A program made the translations under genes and the position numbers. The notes beneath the pieces were generated by a model. That model worked only from the letters and a program-made list of their open reading frames with translations, did not search any database and was not told the DNA's origin. A stretch of DNA of 64,000 nucleotides, taken from NCBI GenBank assembly GCA_028714095.1, contig JAQTMY010000001.1, forward strand, positions 185,787 through 249,786. Reading direction: 5' to 3'. This DNA is from Candidatus Nanoarchaeia archaeon. Its GTDB lineage: Archaea; Nanobdellota; Nanobdellia; SCGC-AAA011-G17; JACPNG01. Shown here piece after piece: positions 1-10,036 of this stretch (its first letter is position 1; every line of letters begins with the position of its first letter).

Positions 1-839
1 CAAATTCAATGTATGGATATGAAGGTTTCTTTGGTGCAAGGTGGTACTGCAAGGAAGCAGCGTCGTCAATTACTGCATTTGCAAGAGAACATATCCTTAA
101 GGTTGTAAAAGAAGCAGAAGAAAATGGATTTAAGGTTCTATATGGGGATACAGATTCAATCTTCTTATTATTAGGAAAGAAAAAAATATCAGAAGCAGAA
201 GAATTAATAGAAAAAATAAACAAAAAACTTCCAAAACTGATGGAACTTGATCTTGAAGGGGTTTCTAAACGTGGAATTTTTGTTTCTAAAAAAACCGAAG
301 AAACAGGAGCAAAGAAAAAGTATGCATTGATTGATGAAAAAGGGAACATTTCTGTTAAGGGTTTTGAAACAGTAAGACGTGATTGGAGTTATTTAGCAAA
401 AGAAACCCAGAGAAAAATATTGGAGATAATCTTGAAAGATGGTTCTTCAGAAAAAGCAGTCAAATATGTCCAGGATATAATTGAAAAAATAAGGAAAAAA
501 CAAATACCAAACGAAAAGATGGTCATAAGAACTTCATTAAAGAAACCGATTGAATCCTATAAGAATCTTGAAGCCCATGTTGTTGTGGCAAAACATATGC
601 AAAAGATGGGGATTCCAGTCTCAGTCGGAACAACAATAAGATTCATTGTCGCAGAAGGTTTAGGTTTAATGTCAAACAGGTCAAAAATACCAGAGGAAGT
701 TGAGGAAGGCAGTTATGATTCTGAATATTATATTAATAATCAGATAGTTCCTGCTGTGGAAATGATTTTCGAAGCACTTAAAAAAGACAAAAATATTCTA
801 ATTAAACAAAAATCGCAGAAAACACTTGGAGAGTTTTAG
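1..839 (+). CDS. polB: Family B DNA polymerase, C-terminal portion. The CDS is 5'-truncated by the window edge.
   Basis: YGDTDS catalytic motif (KVLYGDTDSIF) and a downstream thumb-like region. The ORF is open to the window start. Confidence 0.8.
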   Translation, partial: NSMYGYEGFFGARWYCKEAASSITAFAREHILKVVKEAEENGFKVLYGDTDSIFLLLGKKKISEAEELIEKINKKLPKLMELDLEGVSKRGIFVSKKTEETGAKKKYALIDEKGNISVKGFETVRRDWSYLAKETQRKILEIILKDGSSEKAVKYVQDIIEKIRKKQIPNEKMVIRTSLKKPIESYKNLEAHVVVAKHMQKMGIPVSVGTTIRFIVAEGLGLMSNRSKIPEEVEEGSYDSEYYINNQIVPAVEMIFEALKKDKNILIKQKSQKTLGEF

Positions 840-1718
840 ATGGAAACAGAAAAATTAGTTCGGGCAGGGAAAATCGCAGATGAATGTCTAAAGTTAGGAA
901 GAAGAGAGATAAGAATAGGCAATAAAGCATTGGATGTCTTAAGAAAGATAGAATCTTTAGTGGAAAAAAACAATGCAAAACTTGCTTTTCCAACAAATAT
1001 TTCAATTAATGAAGTAGCAGCTCACGAAGCTCTTAGTTTTGAGGATAATTTGATATTTAAGAAAAATGACCTGGTTAAATTAGATCTAGGAGTCCATATC
1101 GACGGAAACATTGTTGACTGTGCAATTACAATAGACTTGGGAAATAATAATGATTTAGTTCTTGCTTCAAAACAAGCATTGAAAGAGGCATTAAAACTGG
1201 CAGTTCCGGGAACAGAACTAAGGGAAATAGGTAAAAAAATAAATGAAGTAATTGAAGGTTATAATCTAAAACCAGTAAGAAATCTTTATGGCCATAGCAT
1301 TGAAAAATACAATATCCATGGTGGCTTAAAAGTTCCTAATTACGACAATGGAGATAAAACTAAATTAGAAAAAGGTCAGCTAATAGCAATAGAACCTTTT
1401 GCAACAGATGGCTTTGGTCTCATAGAGGAAGGAAAACCTTCAGATGTCTATACTCTAAAAAAACTAAAACCTCTCAGAAATTCAAAAGCCAAGGAAATTT
1501 TAGAATTTATTAAGGAAGAATATAAAACCTTGCCGTTTGCAAAGCGCTGGATTCTTGAAAGATTTCCAAATTCAAATACTTATTTTAATATATTGGTCAA
1601 GGAAGAAATCCTTGCAAATTACGGAAATTTAATTGAAAAGCAGAAAGGTTTAGTTTCTCAACATGAAACAACGATTTTAGTTGGAGAAAGAATTCTTGTT
1701 AATGAAAGTTTGAAATAA
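840..1718 (+). CDS. map: Methionine aminopeptidase, type 2 (archaeal MetAP)
   Basis: AFPTNISINEVAAH and DLGVHIDG metal-ligand regions typical of MetAP2. The start abuts the polB stop (839/840). Confidence 0.8.
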   Translation: METEKLVRAGKIADECLKLGRREIRIGNKALDVLRKIESLVEKNNAKLAFPTNISINEVAAHEALSFEDNLIFKKNDLVKLDLGVHIDGNIVDCAITIDLGNNNDLVLASKQALKEALKLAVPGTELREIGKKINEVIEGYNLKPVRNLYGHSIEKYNIHGGLKVPNYDNGDKTKLEKGQLIAIEPFATDGFGLIEEGKPSDVYTLKKLKPLRNSKAKEILEFIKEEYKTLPFAKRWILERFPNSNTYFNILVKEEILANYGNLIEKQKGLVSQHETTILVGERILVNESLK

Positions 1719-4013
1719 TCAACCCATATAATTTGGTTTCTCATTCAGTGCGGCCTTGGCATTTCTCAAATAATCCTGCTCAATGCTTTCATATCTCTCA
1801 ATTGTCTCTTTAGTCAAAGAACCAGTTATCTTTTTCATAGCCTTGTCAAAATGTTTCTTCTTGATTTCTTTTACATTAATGTCCTCTCTTAGAGCAAGCA
1901 TTGCAGCCTCACGACAAACAGCCTCGATATCAGCTCCGGTATACCCTTCAGTTTCTTCAGCCAGTTTTTTAACATTAACATCTTTCCCAAGAGGCATCTT
2001 CTTGGTATGAACATTGAATATTTTTTCTCTACCTTCAATTTCAGGAGGCTTGACAAATACAATCCTGTCAAATCTTCCAGGTCTAAGTAAAGCAGGATCA
2101 ATAATATCGGGTCTGTTAGTTGCAGCTATAACAACAATATCAGTTAATTCTTCTAAACCATCCATCTCAGCTAAAATAGTATTTACAACAGTTTCCATAA
2201 CCCTTGATCCAGAATTATCAAGCCCTCTTCTTGGTGCTAAAGCATCAATCTCATCAAAGAATATTATTGTAGGAGCAGCCTGTCTTGCTTTTTCAAATAC
2301 CTTCCTAACCCCCTTTTCAGATTCACCGACGAATTTATTTAACAACGAAGGACCTTTAACCAAAATAAAATTGGCCTCAGATTCATTTGCTACAGCTTTA
2401 GCTAATAATGTTTTTCCAGTTCCAGGAGGACCATACATCAAAACTCCCTTAGGAGGTCTTACTCCAAGTCTATTAAATGCATCAGGATGTTTCAATGGCC
2501 ATTCAATGCTTTCTCTTAACTCCTGTTTTACATCCTCTAATCCACCAATCTCTTCATACCTAACATCAGGAGTTTCAATAAATACCTCTCTTAATCCAGA
2601 AGGTCTTACAGTTTTCATTGCCTCTCTGAAATCATCTGCATTGACAACAAGTTTTTTTAATATATCATCTGGAATCTCTTCCTGTTTTCCATTCTTTCCT
2701 CTTAAGCTTAAATCAGGTAAGATTCTTCTTAGAACATTCATTGCAGCTTCCTTGCTTAAGGCATTCAAATCTGCACCAACAAAACCATGAGTTACCTCAG
2801 CAATCCTGTTGATGTCAACATCTTTTGCCAAAGGCATATTTCTTGTATGTATCTTTAATACCTGTTCTCTCCCTTTCCGGTCAGGAACTCCGATAATTAA
2901 TTCTCTGTCAAATCTTCCAGGTCTTCTTAATGCAGGATCTATTGCATTTGGTCTATTAGTTGCACCAATAACAATTACCTTTCCTCTTCCTTTCAGTCCA
3001 TCCATCATAGCCAATAATTGTGAAACAACTCTTCTTTCAACTTCGCCATGAACTTCCTCTCTTTGTGGTGCGATTGCATCAATCTCATCAATGAAAATAA
3101 TAGATGGGGCTTTAGCTTCAGCTTCCTCAAATATTTCCCTTACTTTTTTCTCAGATTCTCCATAGAATTTATTCATAATTTCAGGTCCATTCAATAACAT
3201 AAAGTTAGCCTCAGATTCATTTGCTACAGCCTTAGCCAATAAAGTTTTTCCAGTTCCAGGAGGACCATGTAATAAAACTCCCCTTGGGGGGTCTATTCCT
3301 AATCTTGAAAATAACTCTGGATGTTTTATTGGAATTTCTACCATTTCTCTTATTTTTCTTATCTCTTCTTCCAAACCCCCAATATCCTCATAGGTTACTT
3401 CAGGAATTTTTTCTTCAGTTATCTCCATAGCTTTAGAACTTAGATTAACACTGGTATTTTCAGTTACAATTATAGCTCCTTTTGGATTAGTGTTGGCAAC
3501 CACAAATCTTAAATCTGCTAAATTAAAATTCAAACCAAAACCTTTCTCAAAAAAGTCCTCAAAAATATCTTCAAACTGGCTTCCTGTAAAAGTTCTTTGT
3601 CTTCTTTTTGCTCCGCCTAAAACAACTAAATCTCCTTTAATCAAAGCTCTTCCTAATAATCCTCTCTTGAAGATTAATGGATCTCCCTGAACAGAAACAT
3701 TTTTTTGAGCAGGAGCAATGGTAACTTCCTTAGCTTCTTTAACGTTAGCTTTTCTTACCTTGACAACCTCACCAATGCCTGTCTTGGCATTTTTCCTCAT
3801 AATTCCATCCATCCTTATTACAGCCAAGCCAACATCAGTAGGATAAGCTCGGTCTACAATCCCAACAGTTAATTTTTGTCCTTCTATCTCTATGATATCC
3901 CCAACTCTGACTCCTAAATCCCTCATAGTCTCAGAATCAATCCTTACAATGCCTTTATAGGCCTCTTCCTGCAGAGCTTCCATAACTTTTAGTTTAACTT
4001 CCTGAATCGCCAT
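1719..4013 (-). CDS. cdc48: CDC48/VCP-like AAA+ ATPase (two AAA domains plus CDC48 N-domain)
   Basis: Two GPPGTGKTLLAKAVANE Walker A blocks, SRH regions, and an N-terminal double-psi barrel-like segment. Confidence 0.9.
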   Translation of the reverse strand: MAIQEVKLKVMEALQEEAYKGIVRIDSETMRDLGVRVGDIIEIEGQKLTVGIVDRAYPTDVGLAVIRMDGIMRKNAKTGIGEVVKVRKANVKEAKEVTIAPAQKNVSVQGDPLIFKRGLLGRALIKGDLVVLGGAKRRQRTFTGSQFEDIFEDFFEKGFGLNFNLADLRFVVANTNPKGAIIVTENTSVNLSSKAMEITEEKIPEVTYEDIGGLEEEIRKIREMVEIPIKHPELFSRLGIDPPRGVLLHGPPGTGKTLLAKAVANESEANFMLLNGPEIMNKFYGESEKKVREIFEEAEAKAPSIIFIDEIDAIAPQREEVHGEVERRVVSQLLAMMDGLKGRGKVIVIGATNRPNAIDPALRRPGRFDRELIIGVPDRKGREQVLKIHTRNMPLAKDVDINRIAEVTHGFVGADLNALSKEAAMNVLRRILPDLSLRGKNGKQEEIPDDILKKLVVNADDFREAMKTVRPSGLREVFIETPDVRYEEIGGLEDVKQELRESIEWPLKHPDAFNRLGVRPPKGVLMYGPPGTGKTLLAKAVANESEANFILVKGPSLLNKFVGESEKGVRKVFEKARQAAPTIIFFDEIDALAPRRGLDNSGSRVMETVVNTILAEMDGLEELTDIVVIAATNRPDIIDPALLRPGRFDRIVFVKPPEIEGREKIFNVHTKKMPLGKDVNVKKLAEETEGYTGADIEAVCREAAMLALREDINVKEIKKKHFDKAMKKITGSLTKETIERYESIEQDYLRNAKAALNEKPNYMG

Positions 4014-4075
4014 TTTTTACCATAAATTATAATAAGACCTTTACTTTAACAATTAATAAATTTTGTGGTAAAAAA

Positions 4076-4690
4076 ATGATAGAAAATGATATAGATATAC
4101 TAAAAAAACTGGTAAAAGAAGACAAAGGATTAACTTGCATATTTGGCGAGTCTGCAACAGGAAAATCCACTTTTTGCTTGATGTCTTCAATAAAAGAAGC
4201 AAGGAAAAATAACAAGGTTGTTTTTCTTGATACAGAAGGCTCTTTCTCAGTTGAAAGGATAAAACAAATGAATGGAAAGGATTGTTTGGATAATATTTTA
4301 TTAATGAACATAAAAAACTTTAGAGAACAACAAGACCAAATTAAAAACTTAAGTTTATTGTCTTCAAAAGTTTCATTGATAGTTATTGATACTCTAACCC
4401 ATCACTACAGAAATCTAATAAGAAAAAAACCAGAATTGGCCAGAGTAATGTTATTATCTCAGTTAAGAATGCTTAAAAAAATTTCAGAAAAGATTCCTGT
4501 TTTGATTACATCTCAGGTTTATCAGGACATAAATAATAATGTTCAAAAACCGGTTGGGGGGGGTCTTTTAATTAAAGAAGTTGATAATCTAATTAAATTA
4601 GTCAAGGAACCTAGAAAAGCTCTATTGTTAAAACCAGAACGTAATCATATTTATTTTAGAATTGAGAACGAAGGTATTTTTGAAAACTAG
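4076..4690 (+). CDS. RecA-superfamily ATPase, RadB/KaiC-like
   Basis: Walker A GESATGKST, followed by a hydrophobic beta strand and a D (LIVIDTL). Size is about 200 aa, as for RadB. Confidence 0.5.
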   Translation: MIENDIDILKKLVKEDKGLTCIFGESATGKSTFCLMSSIKEARKNNKVVFLDTEGSFSVERIKQMNGKDCLDNILLMNIKNFREQQDQIKNLSLLSSKVSLIVIDTLTHHYRNLIRKKPELARVMLLSQLRMLKKISEKIPVLITSQVYQDINNNVQKPVGGGLLIKEVDNLIKLVKEPRKALLLKPERNHIYFRIENEGIFEN

Positions 4691-5436
4691 ACTTCTACCT
4701 TAGAAAATAAATAAGTTCCAATTAAAGTAATAATCCCGGTTATAATTATAAGAATCAAGAAATCATTAAAAATACCTAAATGGAATGTTCCGATCAATGC
4801 TCCTCTGATACCATCAACTCCATAAGACAAAGGATTTAGTTTAGTAACAAAAGCCAATGCCCCAGGCAGACTATCTATTGGAAAAAGTGCTCCAGACAAG
4901 AAAAATAATGGCATAATAATAAAGTTCATAATCAACTGGAATCCCTGCATGTCTTCCAGTTTAGATGCAATTGCAGTTCCTAATGCAGTAAATAATATCG
5001 CAGTTATAAACATAAAGATGAATGATACAAACATCAAAGGAATATTAGATATTCTAAATCCTATGAATAATGAAATAATAAGAACTAAAAATCCTTGTAT
5101 CATCGCAACAGTTGCACCTCCAAGTGTTCTTCCAAGCATTATCTTATATCTTGAAACCGGAGCAACCAAGGTTTCTTTCAAAAAACCAAACTGCCTATCC
5201 CATATAACTTCTATTCCATTGAACATTGCAGTAAATAAGATACTCATTGCAATAATCCCAGGAGCTAAGAACTCAATATAATTCCCTCCTCCTGCTTTCT
5301 CAAAAATCGGACCAAATCCAAACCCTAAAGCAACCAAAAATAAAAGTGGCTGAGCCAAAGAGCCTATAACTCTTGCTTTTGATCTCCAGTATCTCTTGAT
5401 CTGTCTTAACCACATTATGTAAACAGGACTATTCAT
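4687..5436 (-). CDS. ABC-2 type transporter permease
   Basis: Six predicted TM segments; it overlaps the upstream ABC ATPase gene by 4 bp. Confidence 0.65.
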   Translation of the reverse strand: MNSPVYIMWLRQIKRYWRSKARVIGSLAQPLLFLVALGFGFGPIFEKAGGGNYIEFLAPGIIAMSILFTAMFNGIEVIWDRQFGFLKETLVAPVSRYKIMLGRTLGGATVAMIQGFLVLIISLFIGFRISNIPLMFVSFIFMFITAILFTALGTAIASKLEDMQGFQLIMNFIIMPLFFLSGALFPIDSLPGALAFVTKLNPLSYGVDGIRGALIGTFHLGIFNDFLILIIITGIITLIGTYLFSKVEV

Positions 5437-6287
5437 CTTCTCCCTCCATGGAACATTTTTCTTCTTAATCTTAAATGATCTTTGGCAGAAGCTGTTTCTT
5501 CCCTTATTGTTTTTCCAGTTAGTTTAAGAAAAGCTTCTTCAAGAGAACTAGAACTTGTATTTTTCTTTATTTCTGCTGGAGTCCCAATAGTAATTAATTT
5601 TCCATGGTCGATGATTGCAACCCTATTAGCTATCTTTTCAGCCTCTTCCATGTAATGGGTTGTAAGAAATACAGTCATTCTTTCTTTTTTATTCATCTCT
5701 CCAATGTATTTCCACAAGAAACTTCTCGTTTGAGGATCTAATCCAATTGAAGGTTCATCTAAAAATAAAATTTTAGGATGATGTATCAATCCTCTTGCAA
5801 TCTCTAATCTTCTTTTCATCCCTCCAGAAAAGGTTTTAACAAGATCATTTTTCCTGTCCTCAAGTTCAACAAGTTTCAATAATTCTTTTATCCTTTCCTC
5901 TCTTGTTTTTTTATCTACCTTATAAAAAACAGCATGAAACTCCATATTTTCATAAGCGGTAAGTTCATCATCTAAACTTGGATCCTGAAAAACAATTCCA
6001 AATGATTTTCTAACCTCATCTGTATCCTTGACAGGAGAATATCCATTTATATCTAAAGTTCCTGATGTAGGATGCAACAATGTTGTAAGCATTTTTATTG
6101 TTGTAGTTTTCCCAGCACCGTTCGGCCCTAAAAATGCAAAAACCTCTCCCTCTTCTACACTAAAAGAAATATTATCTACAGCTGTAAAGTCTCCAAACTT
6201 CTTGACAAGATCTTTGACAGTGATTATGTTTTTATCATTAACCATGCAAAAACAAACAAAAAAACAGTATATAAACCTTTTCTTCAA
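5433..6287 (-). CDS. ABC transporter ATP-binding protein
   Basis: Walker A GPNGAGKTT, ABC signature LSGGMKRR, Walker B ILFLDEPS. Confidence 0.85.
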   Translation of the reverse strand: MKKRFIYCFFVCFCMVNDKNIITVKDLVKKFGDFTAVDNISFSVEEGEVFAFLGPNGAGKTTTIKMLTTLLHPTSGTLDINGYSPVKDTDEVRKSFGIVFQDPSLDDELTAYENMEFHAVFYKVDKKTREERIKELLKLVELEDRKNDLVKTFSGGMKRRLEIARGLIHHPKILFLDEPSIGLDPQTRSFLWKYIGEMNKKERMTVFLTTHYMEEAEKIANRVAIIDHGKLITIGTPAEIKKNTSSSSLEEAFLKLTGKTIREETASAKDHLRLRRKMFHGGRR

Positions 6288-8344
6288 ATCTCATAACTAT
6301 TCCCAGTAACTTTATCTTCATCTTTTTTAGGGCATTTCTGATTAATACAAAATTCCCATGGCCTTTTACCTTTCCTGATTAGTTTAACAACCGGAAACCT
6401 ACAACTCTCGCAGATTTTACCAGCAGGTTTAACTAAACAATATTTAGGCAAAGAAAAAGTATTTGTACACTTAGGATAATTACTACAAGCGATAAAGTAA
6501 CTTTTGTTTTTCTTTGAATACATAATTCTTAGATCCCCATTACATAAATTACACTTGCCGATTATAGAACTTTCATCTCTAGTTTCAATATGAGCCTCGC
6601 TTAATTCTTTTCCAATTTCTTTTTCTTTTTTCTTAAAATCCTCTAGTATCTCAGTTAAAACTCTTTTAGCCTCGTTAAATACACTTTTAACATCTTTCTT
6701 GTTTTCCCTTATCTCTTCCATCTCTTCCTCAAAGTGTCTTGTTAATTTCTCATCAAGAATCGATGGAGCATATTTTTCCAAAGCATCAACAACCCTTAAA
6801 CCTAAAGTAGTTACCATTATTGACTTTTCTTTTAAATATCCTCGTTCATAGAGGTTATCAACGATTCCAGCTCTTGTTGATTTAGTTCCCAAACCTTTCT
6901 TCTCAAGTTCTTTGATTATGGAAGCAGGGGTATATCTTTTAGGAGGCTGTGTTTCTTTGCTTAAAATTTCAAATTTCTTAACATCAATTAAATCATTTTT
7001 CTTAAAGTGAGGTAGTTCAACATCTTTCAATAAAATATATCTTCCATAAATTTCATGCCATCCTTTCTCAATAGTTCTTGTTCCGCTTGTAATAAATATT
7101 TCATTATCAACATCAATTTTTAATGTAACAGTCTCTCTGATTGCTTTTTCTCCAAAACTAGATAATGTTCTCTTGACAATCAAATCATAAATCTTGAATG
7201 ACCTTTCTTTCAGATTACCTGGAATTTCTCCAGTAGGATAAATTGCCGGATGAGCCGGGTCTATTTTACTTCCATTATTTGGAAATAATTTGCTTTTCTT
7301 TAATAACTCCTCGCATATTTTGGAATATTCTTTTTGTTTTCCAAGTAATTGGATTATTTTCTTATATCCAATTGAAGGAGGCAACTGATTGCTTGAAGTT
7401 CTTGGATAAGAAATATATGAATTAGTGTAAAGTTCCTGTGCAATATCCAATGTTTCTTTAGGGCTTATCCTGAAAACTCTGTAAGCCTCCATCTGCAAAG
7501 AAGTCAAATCAAATGGATTTGGAGGCAGCTGGTCAAATTGTTTTGTTTCAATATCTTTTATCTTTCCGTTTTTTCCCTTAACTTTTTCATATATTTTCTT
7601 AGCTTCACTTTCATTCCAGAACTTATCTTTCTCATGTATTGCTTCTAATTCTTTAGCTTTTAACCATAATTCCCAGTAAGGAACAGGCTTGAATTTTATA
7701 ATTTCTCTTTCTCTCTCAGCTAAAATCTTTAAAGCAGGCCCCTGAACCCTGCCAGAACTTAAAATCTTGAACATTCCAGAACTTGCCCTTATCGAACTTG
7801 TTAATGCTCTCGATAGATTCATTCCGTAAATCCAGTCCAGCATATGCCTTGCTTCACCAGCATGAGCCTGGCCCCAGGACAAGGTTTTCATCCTGTGTTC
7901 ATAGCTGTCAATTAATTCATCTTTTGTTAATGTGCTGAACTTCATTCTTTCAGCGTCTTTTTTATTGGCAATAAATCTAGTAATATTAAGTCCGATAACC
8001 TCCCCTTCAACATCAAAATCTGTAGCAATTATTAATTCATCTGCTTCCTTGCATAATCTCTTAAGAACATCAGCATAAACTTTAGTAAAATTTGTTTTCT
8101 TGTTTTCAAAACTTGGCTTCCAGGTAATGTCAAAAACAGGGTATTTATACAGATTTTTCTTTTCTTCACCCACAATAAATAAATGACCTACTGCAGCCCC
8201 AATTAAAATTTTATTTTTATCCCTAATTATTTCGTAATAGGAAACCTTACCAACCTTGTTTGTTTTTACCTTTCCTTCTGCTAAAGCAGTAGCTATCTTT
8301 AATGAAGCGCTTGGCTTTTCAGCAATAATTACCTGCGTAGTCAT
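6284..8344 (-). CDS. topA: Type IA DNA topoisomerase (Topo I/III) with C-terminal zinc ribbons
   Basis: Toprim start (IIAEKPSA...), an active-site region with SYPRTSS-like tyrosine context (YISYPRTSS), and a C-terminal Cys4 ribbon cluster. Confidence 0.85.
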   Translation of the reverse strand: MTTQVIIAEKPSASLKIATALAEGKVKTNKVGKVSYYEIIRDKNKILIGAAVGHLFIVGEEKKNLYKYPVFDITWKPSFENKKTNFTKVYADVLKRLCKEADELIIATDFDVEGEVIGLNITRFIANKKDAERMKFSTLTKDELIDSYEHRMKTLSWGQAHAGEARHMLDWIYGMNLSRALTSSIRASSGMFKILSSGRVQGPALKILAEREREIIKFKPVPYWELWLKAKELEAIHEKDKFWNESEAKKIYEKVKGKNGKIKDIETKQFDQLPPNPFDLTSLQMEAYRVFRISPKETLDIAQELYTNSYISYPRTSSNQLPPSIGYKKIIQLLGKQKEYSKICEELLKKSKLFPNNGSKIDPAHPAIYPTGEIPGNLKERSFKIYDLIVKRTLSSFGEKAIRETVTLKIDVDNEIFITSGTRTIEKGWHEIYGRYILLKDVELPHFKKNDLIDVKKFEILSKETQPPKRYTPASIIKELEKKGLGTKSTRAGIVDNLYERGYLKEKSIMVTTLGLRVVDALEKYAPSILDEKLTRHFEEEMEEIRENKKDVKSVFNEAKRVLTEILEDFKKKEKEIGKELSEAHIETRDESSIIGKCNLCNGDLRIMYSKKNKSYFIACSNYPKCTNTFSLPKYCLVKPAGKICESCRFPVVKLIRKGKRPWEFCINQKCPKKDEDKVTGNSYEI

Positions 8345-8402
8345 AGAATTAAACTATACTAAAATCTTTTAAACCTTGTGTTTTAAAAAAGAAAAGAAAA
8401 AA

Positions 8403-9014
8403 TTAGGGTTTTAAACAAACCCCATCCTTACATCCATTTGGACATATGATTTCTACAGAAGCAATTTTTCCAGCATTGCAATAATACTCTATAAGCAGGT
8501 CTTTGTATTTATTATCTTTGTAAATTCCACCCAAGGTTTGAGCGCATGTATCGGTTCTCTGATAATTTCCGTAAGTGTCATATCCCTTAATCTCTCCTCT
8601 AAGATAATAATTTTTTCCGCCGTCATTGTCGCTACAGGATTCACCTTCTCTGAATAATACTGAAATCTGAGCTGATTTTTGATCTTCTTTATTGCTATAA
8701 ACAGCAAGTCTGTTATATATTTCCACTTCGTTTACAGTTCTTATTTTTCTAGAAGGGATCATATCTCCAATACCATCAACGTCTACAGTAATAACTTTGC
8801 TCCTTCCAACATCTTCCAGAGTAATTGTCCTGCCGCCAACCACAACGCTTTCTCCTACTTTCAATTCATAGGTTCCCTGTAGGAATTTCGTTGCTTCTCC
8901 AGACAAATCACTTACTTCTGTGTTTGTATTAATTCCAAAGATTATCATTGATACAATTGCAACTACTGCTACAACAAATACAACCCAGAAGTTAGCATCA
9001 ATCTCTTTTTCCAT
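8403..9014 (-). CDS. Signal-anchored small Cys-rich protein, paralog 1 of 3. The start is probably the ATG at 9014, preceded by a GAGGTGG RBS.
   Basis: N-terminal TM (FWVVFVVAVVAIV). C-terminal motif is Y-x-C...C-P-N-G-C-x-D-G-x-C; this family motif is shared with 9105..9491 and 9568..9984. Confidence 0.5.
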   Translation of the reverse strand: MEKEIDANFWVVFVVAVVAIVSMIIFGINTNTEVSDLSGEATKFLQGTYELKVGESVVVGGRTITLEDVGRSKVITVDVDGIGDMIPSRKIRTVNEVEIYNRLAVYSNKEDQKSAQISVLFREGESCSDNDGGKNYYLRGEIKGYDTYGNYQRTDTCAQTLGGIYKDNKYKDLLIEYYCNAGKIASVEIICPNGCKDGVCLKP

Positions 9015-9104
9015 CAATCTCCACCTCTTTTTAGTAAAAATAATTAAAAAGAATAAAAGACTCAAACTATTTAAATCTTTACAATAAATTAAAAAATAAA
9101 AAAA

Positions 9105-9491
9105 TCAAACTCTGATGTTTTCTCTTATGCAGGCTCCATTTTCACATCCATTTGGACATACATAAGATTCTACTTTCAAATAACCATCGTTGTCGCACCA
9201 GTATTCATAAACTAGGTTATCTACTGTAAATTGATCTCCCTCAAAATATCCGGGGTCAGCCATATCTTTCAAACAAGTATCTTGTATATCAGAATATTTT
9301 CCACCGCTCCACTGTCCAGCAGTCCTGCCTGCTTCAAAAAAGTCTTCTCCGCCGTCAGTTTCTATACAGACCTCTTTTGTAGCCAATCCTGAAACTTTTT
9401 CCGAGGCTGAATTTACAATAGAGAATGCAGCCATAGCAACTATTGCAACAACAGCTACTATAGAAACAACCCAAAAATTACTTTTTTCCAT
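9105..9491 (-). CDS. Signal-anchored small Cys-rich protein, paralog 2 of 3
   Basis: MEKSNFWVV... TM anchor; DGGEDF...YWCDNDGY...CPNGCENGAC. An AGAGGTG RBS lies 6 nt upstream. Confidence 0.55.
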   Translation of the reverse strand: MEKSNFWVVSIVAVVAIVAMAAFSIVNSASEKVSGLATKEVCIETDGGEDFFEAGRTAGQWSGGKYSDIQDTCLKDMADPGYFEGDQFTVDNLVYEYWCDNDGYLKVESYVCPNGCENGACIRENIRV

Positions 9492-9567
9492 TCAAACACC
9501 TCTTTGTTAATATAAATTAAAAAATAAAGAAATATTTAAAGGTTTTTAAAAAATAAAAAAGAAATTA

Positions 9568-9984
9568 TTAAAACCAATTTCCTGTTCTAGTCAGCTTTGT
9601 CAAACGACAGGCCCCATTACTGCATCCTTTTGAACAGCTCCTTGTGGTTTCTTTTACAGTAAAGCCACTTCCGCAAGAATATTCTAGCAAACGGCTGGAA
9701 GTATTGTAAAGTGAAGGCCATTTATCAGAGTAACATATATCCTCGTAGGTTACTGTTCCATTAATGTAAAACTGGGTCACAATCCCTTTAATCTCATAAT
9801 TTCTTCCCCCATCGCTATCTTTGCATGAAAGAAGATTTGGATCAGAACTAATATCCTTAGAGACTTCGCCTATGATATTCTCACCATTATTCTCATTCAC
9901 GCTGAAGAAAATAGTCATCCCTGCTATGGCTACAACAGCAAAAATTGAAACAAATAGGAGATCTTTACTAATTTTTTCCATCAT
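9568..9984 (-). CDS. Signal-anchored small Cys-rich protein, paralog 3 of 3
   Basis: TM anchor; CKDSDGGRNY...YSCGSG...CSKGCSNGAC. An AGAGGTG RBS lies upstream. Confidence 0.55.
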   Translation of the reverse strand: MMEKISKDLLFVSIFAVVAIAGMTIFFSVNENNGENIIGEVSKDISSDPNLLSCKDSDGGRNYEIKGIVTQFYINGTVTYEDICYSDKWPSLYNTSSRLLEYSCGSGFTVKETTRSCSKGCSNGACRLTKLTRTGNWF

Positions 9985-10036
9985 ATCACCTCTCTGTTAA
10001 TACAAATAGAAAACATAAGGAAATATAAAAACCTTG

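Noticed and set aside
1783-3051. Several plus-strand ORFs (1783..2010, 2014..2790, 2809..3051, 3490..3690) lie inside the cdc48 gene.
   Set aside because: They are antisense shadow ORFs within a strongly supported CDC48 CDS. They have low-complexity S/L/P-rich translations and no motifs.
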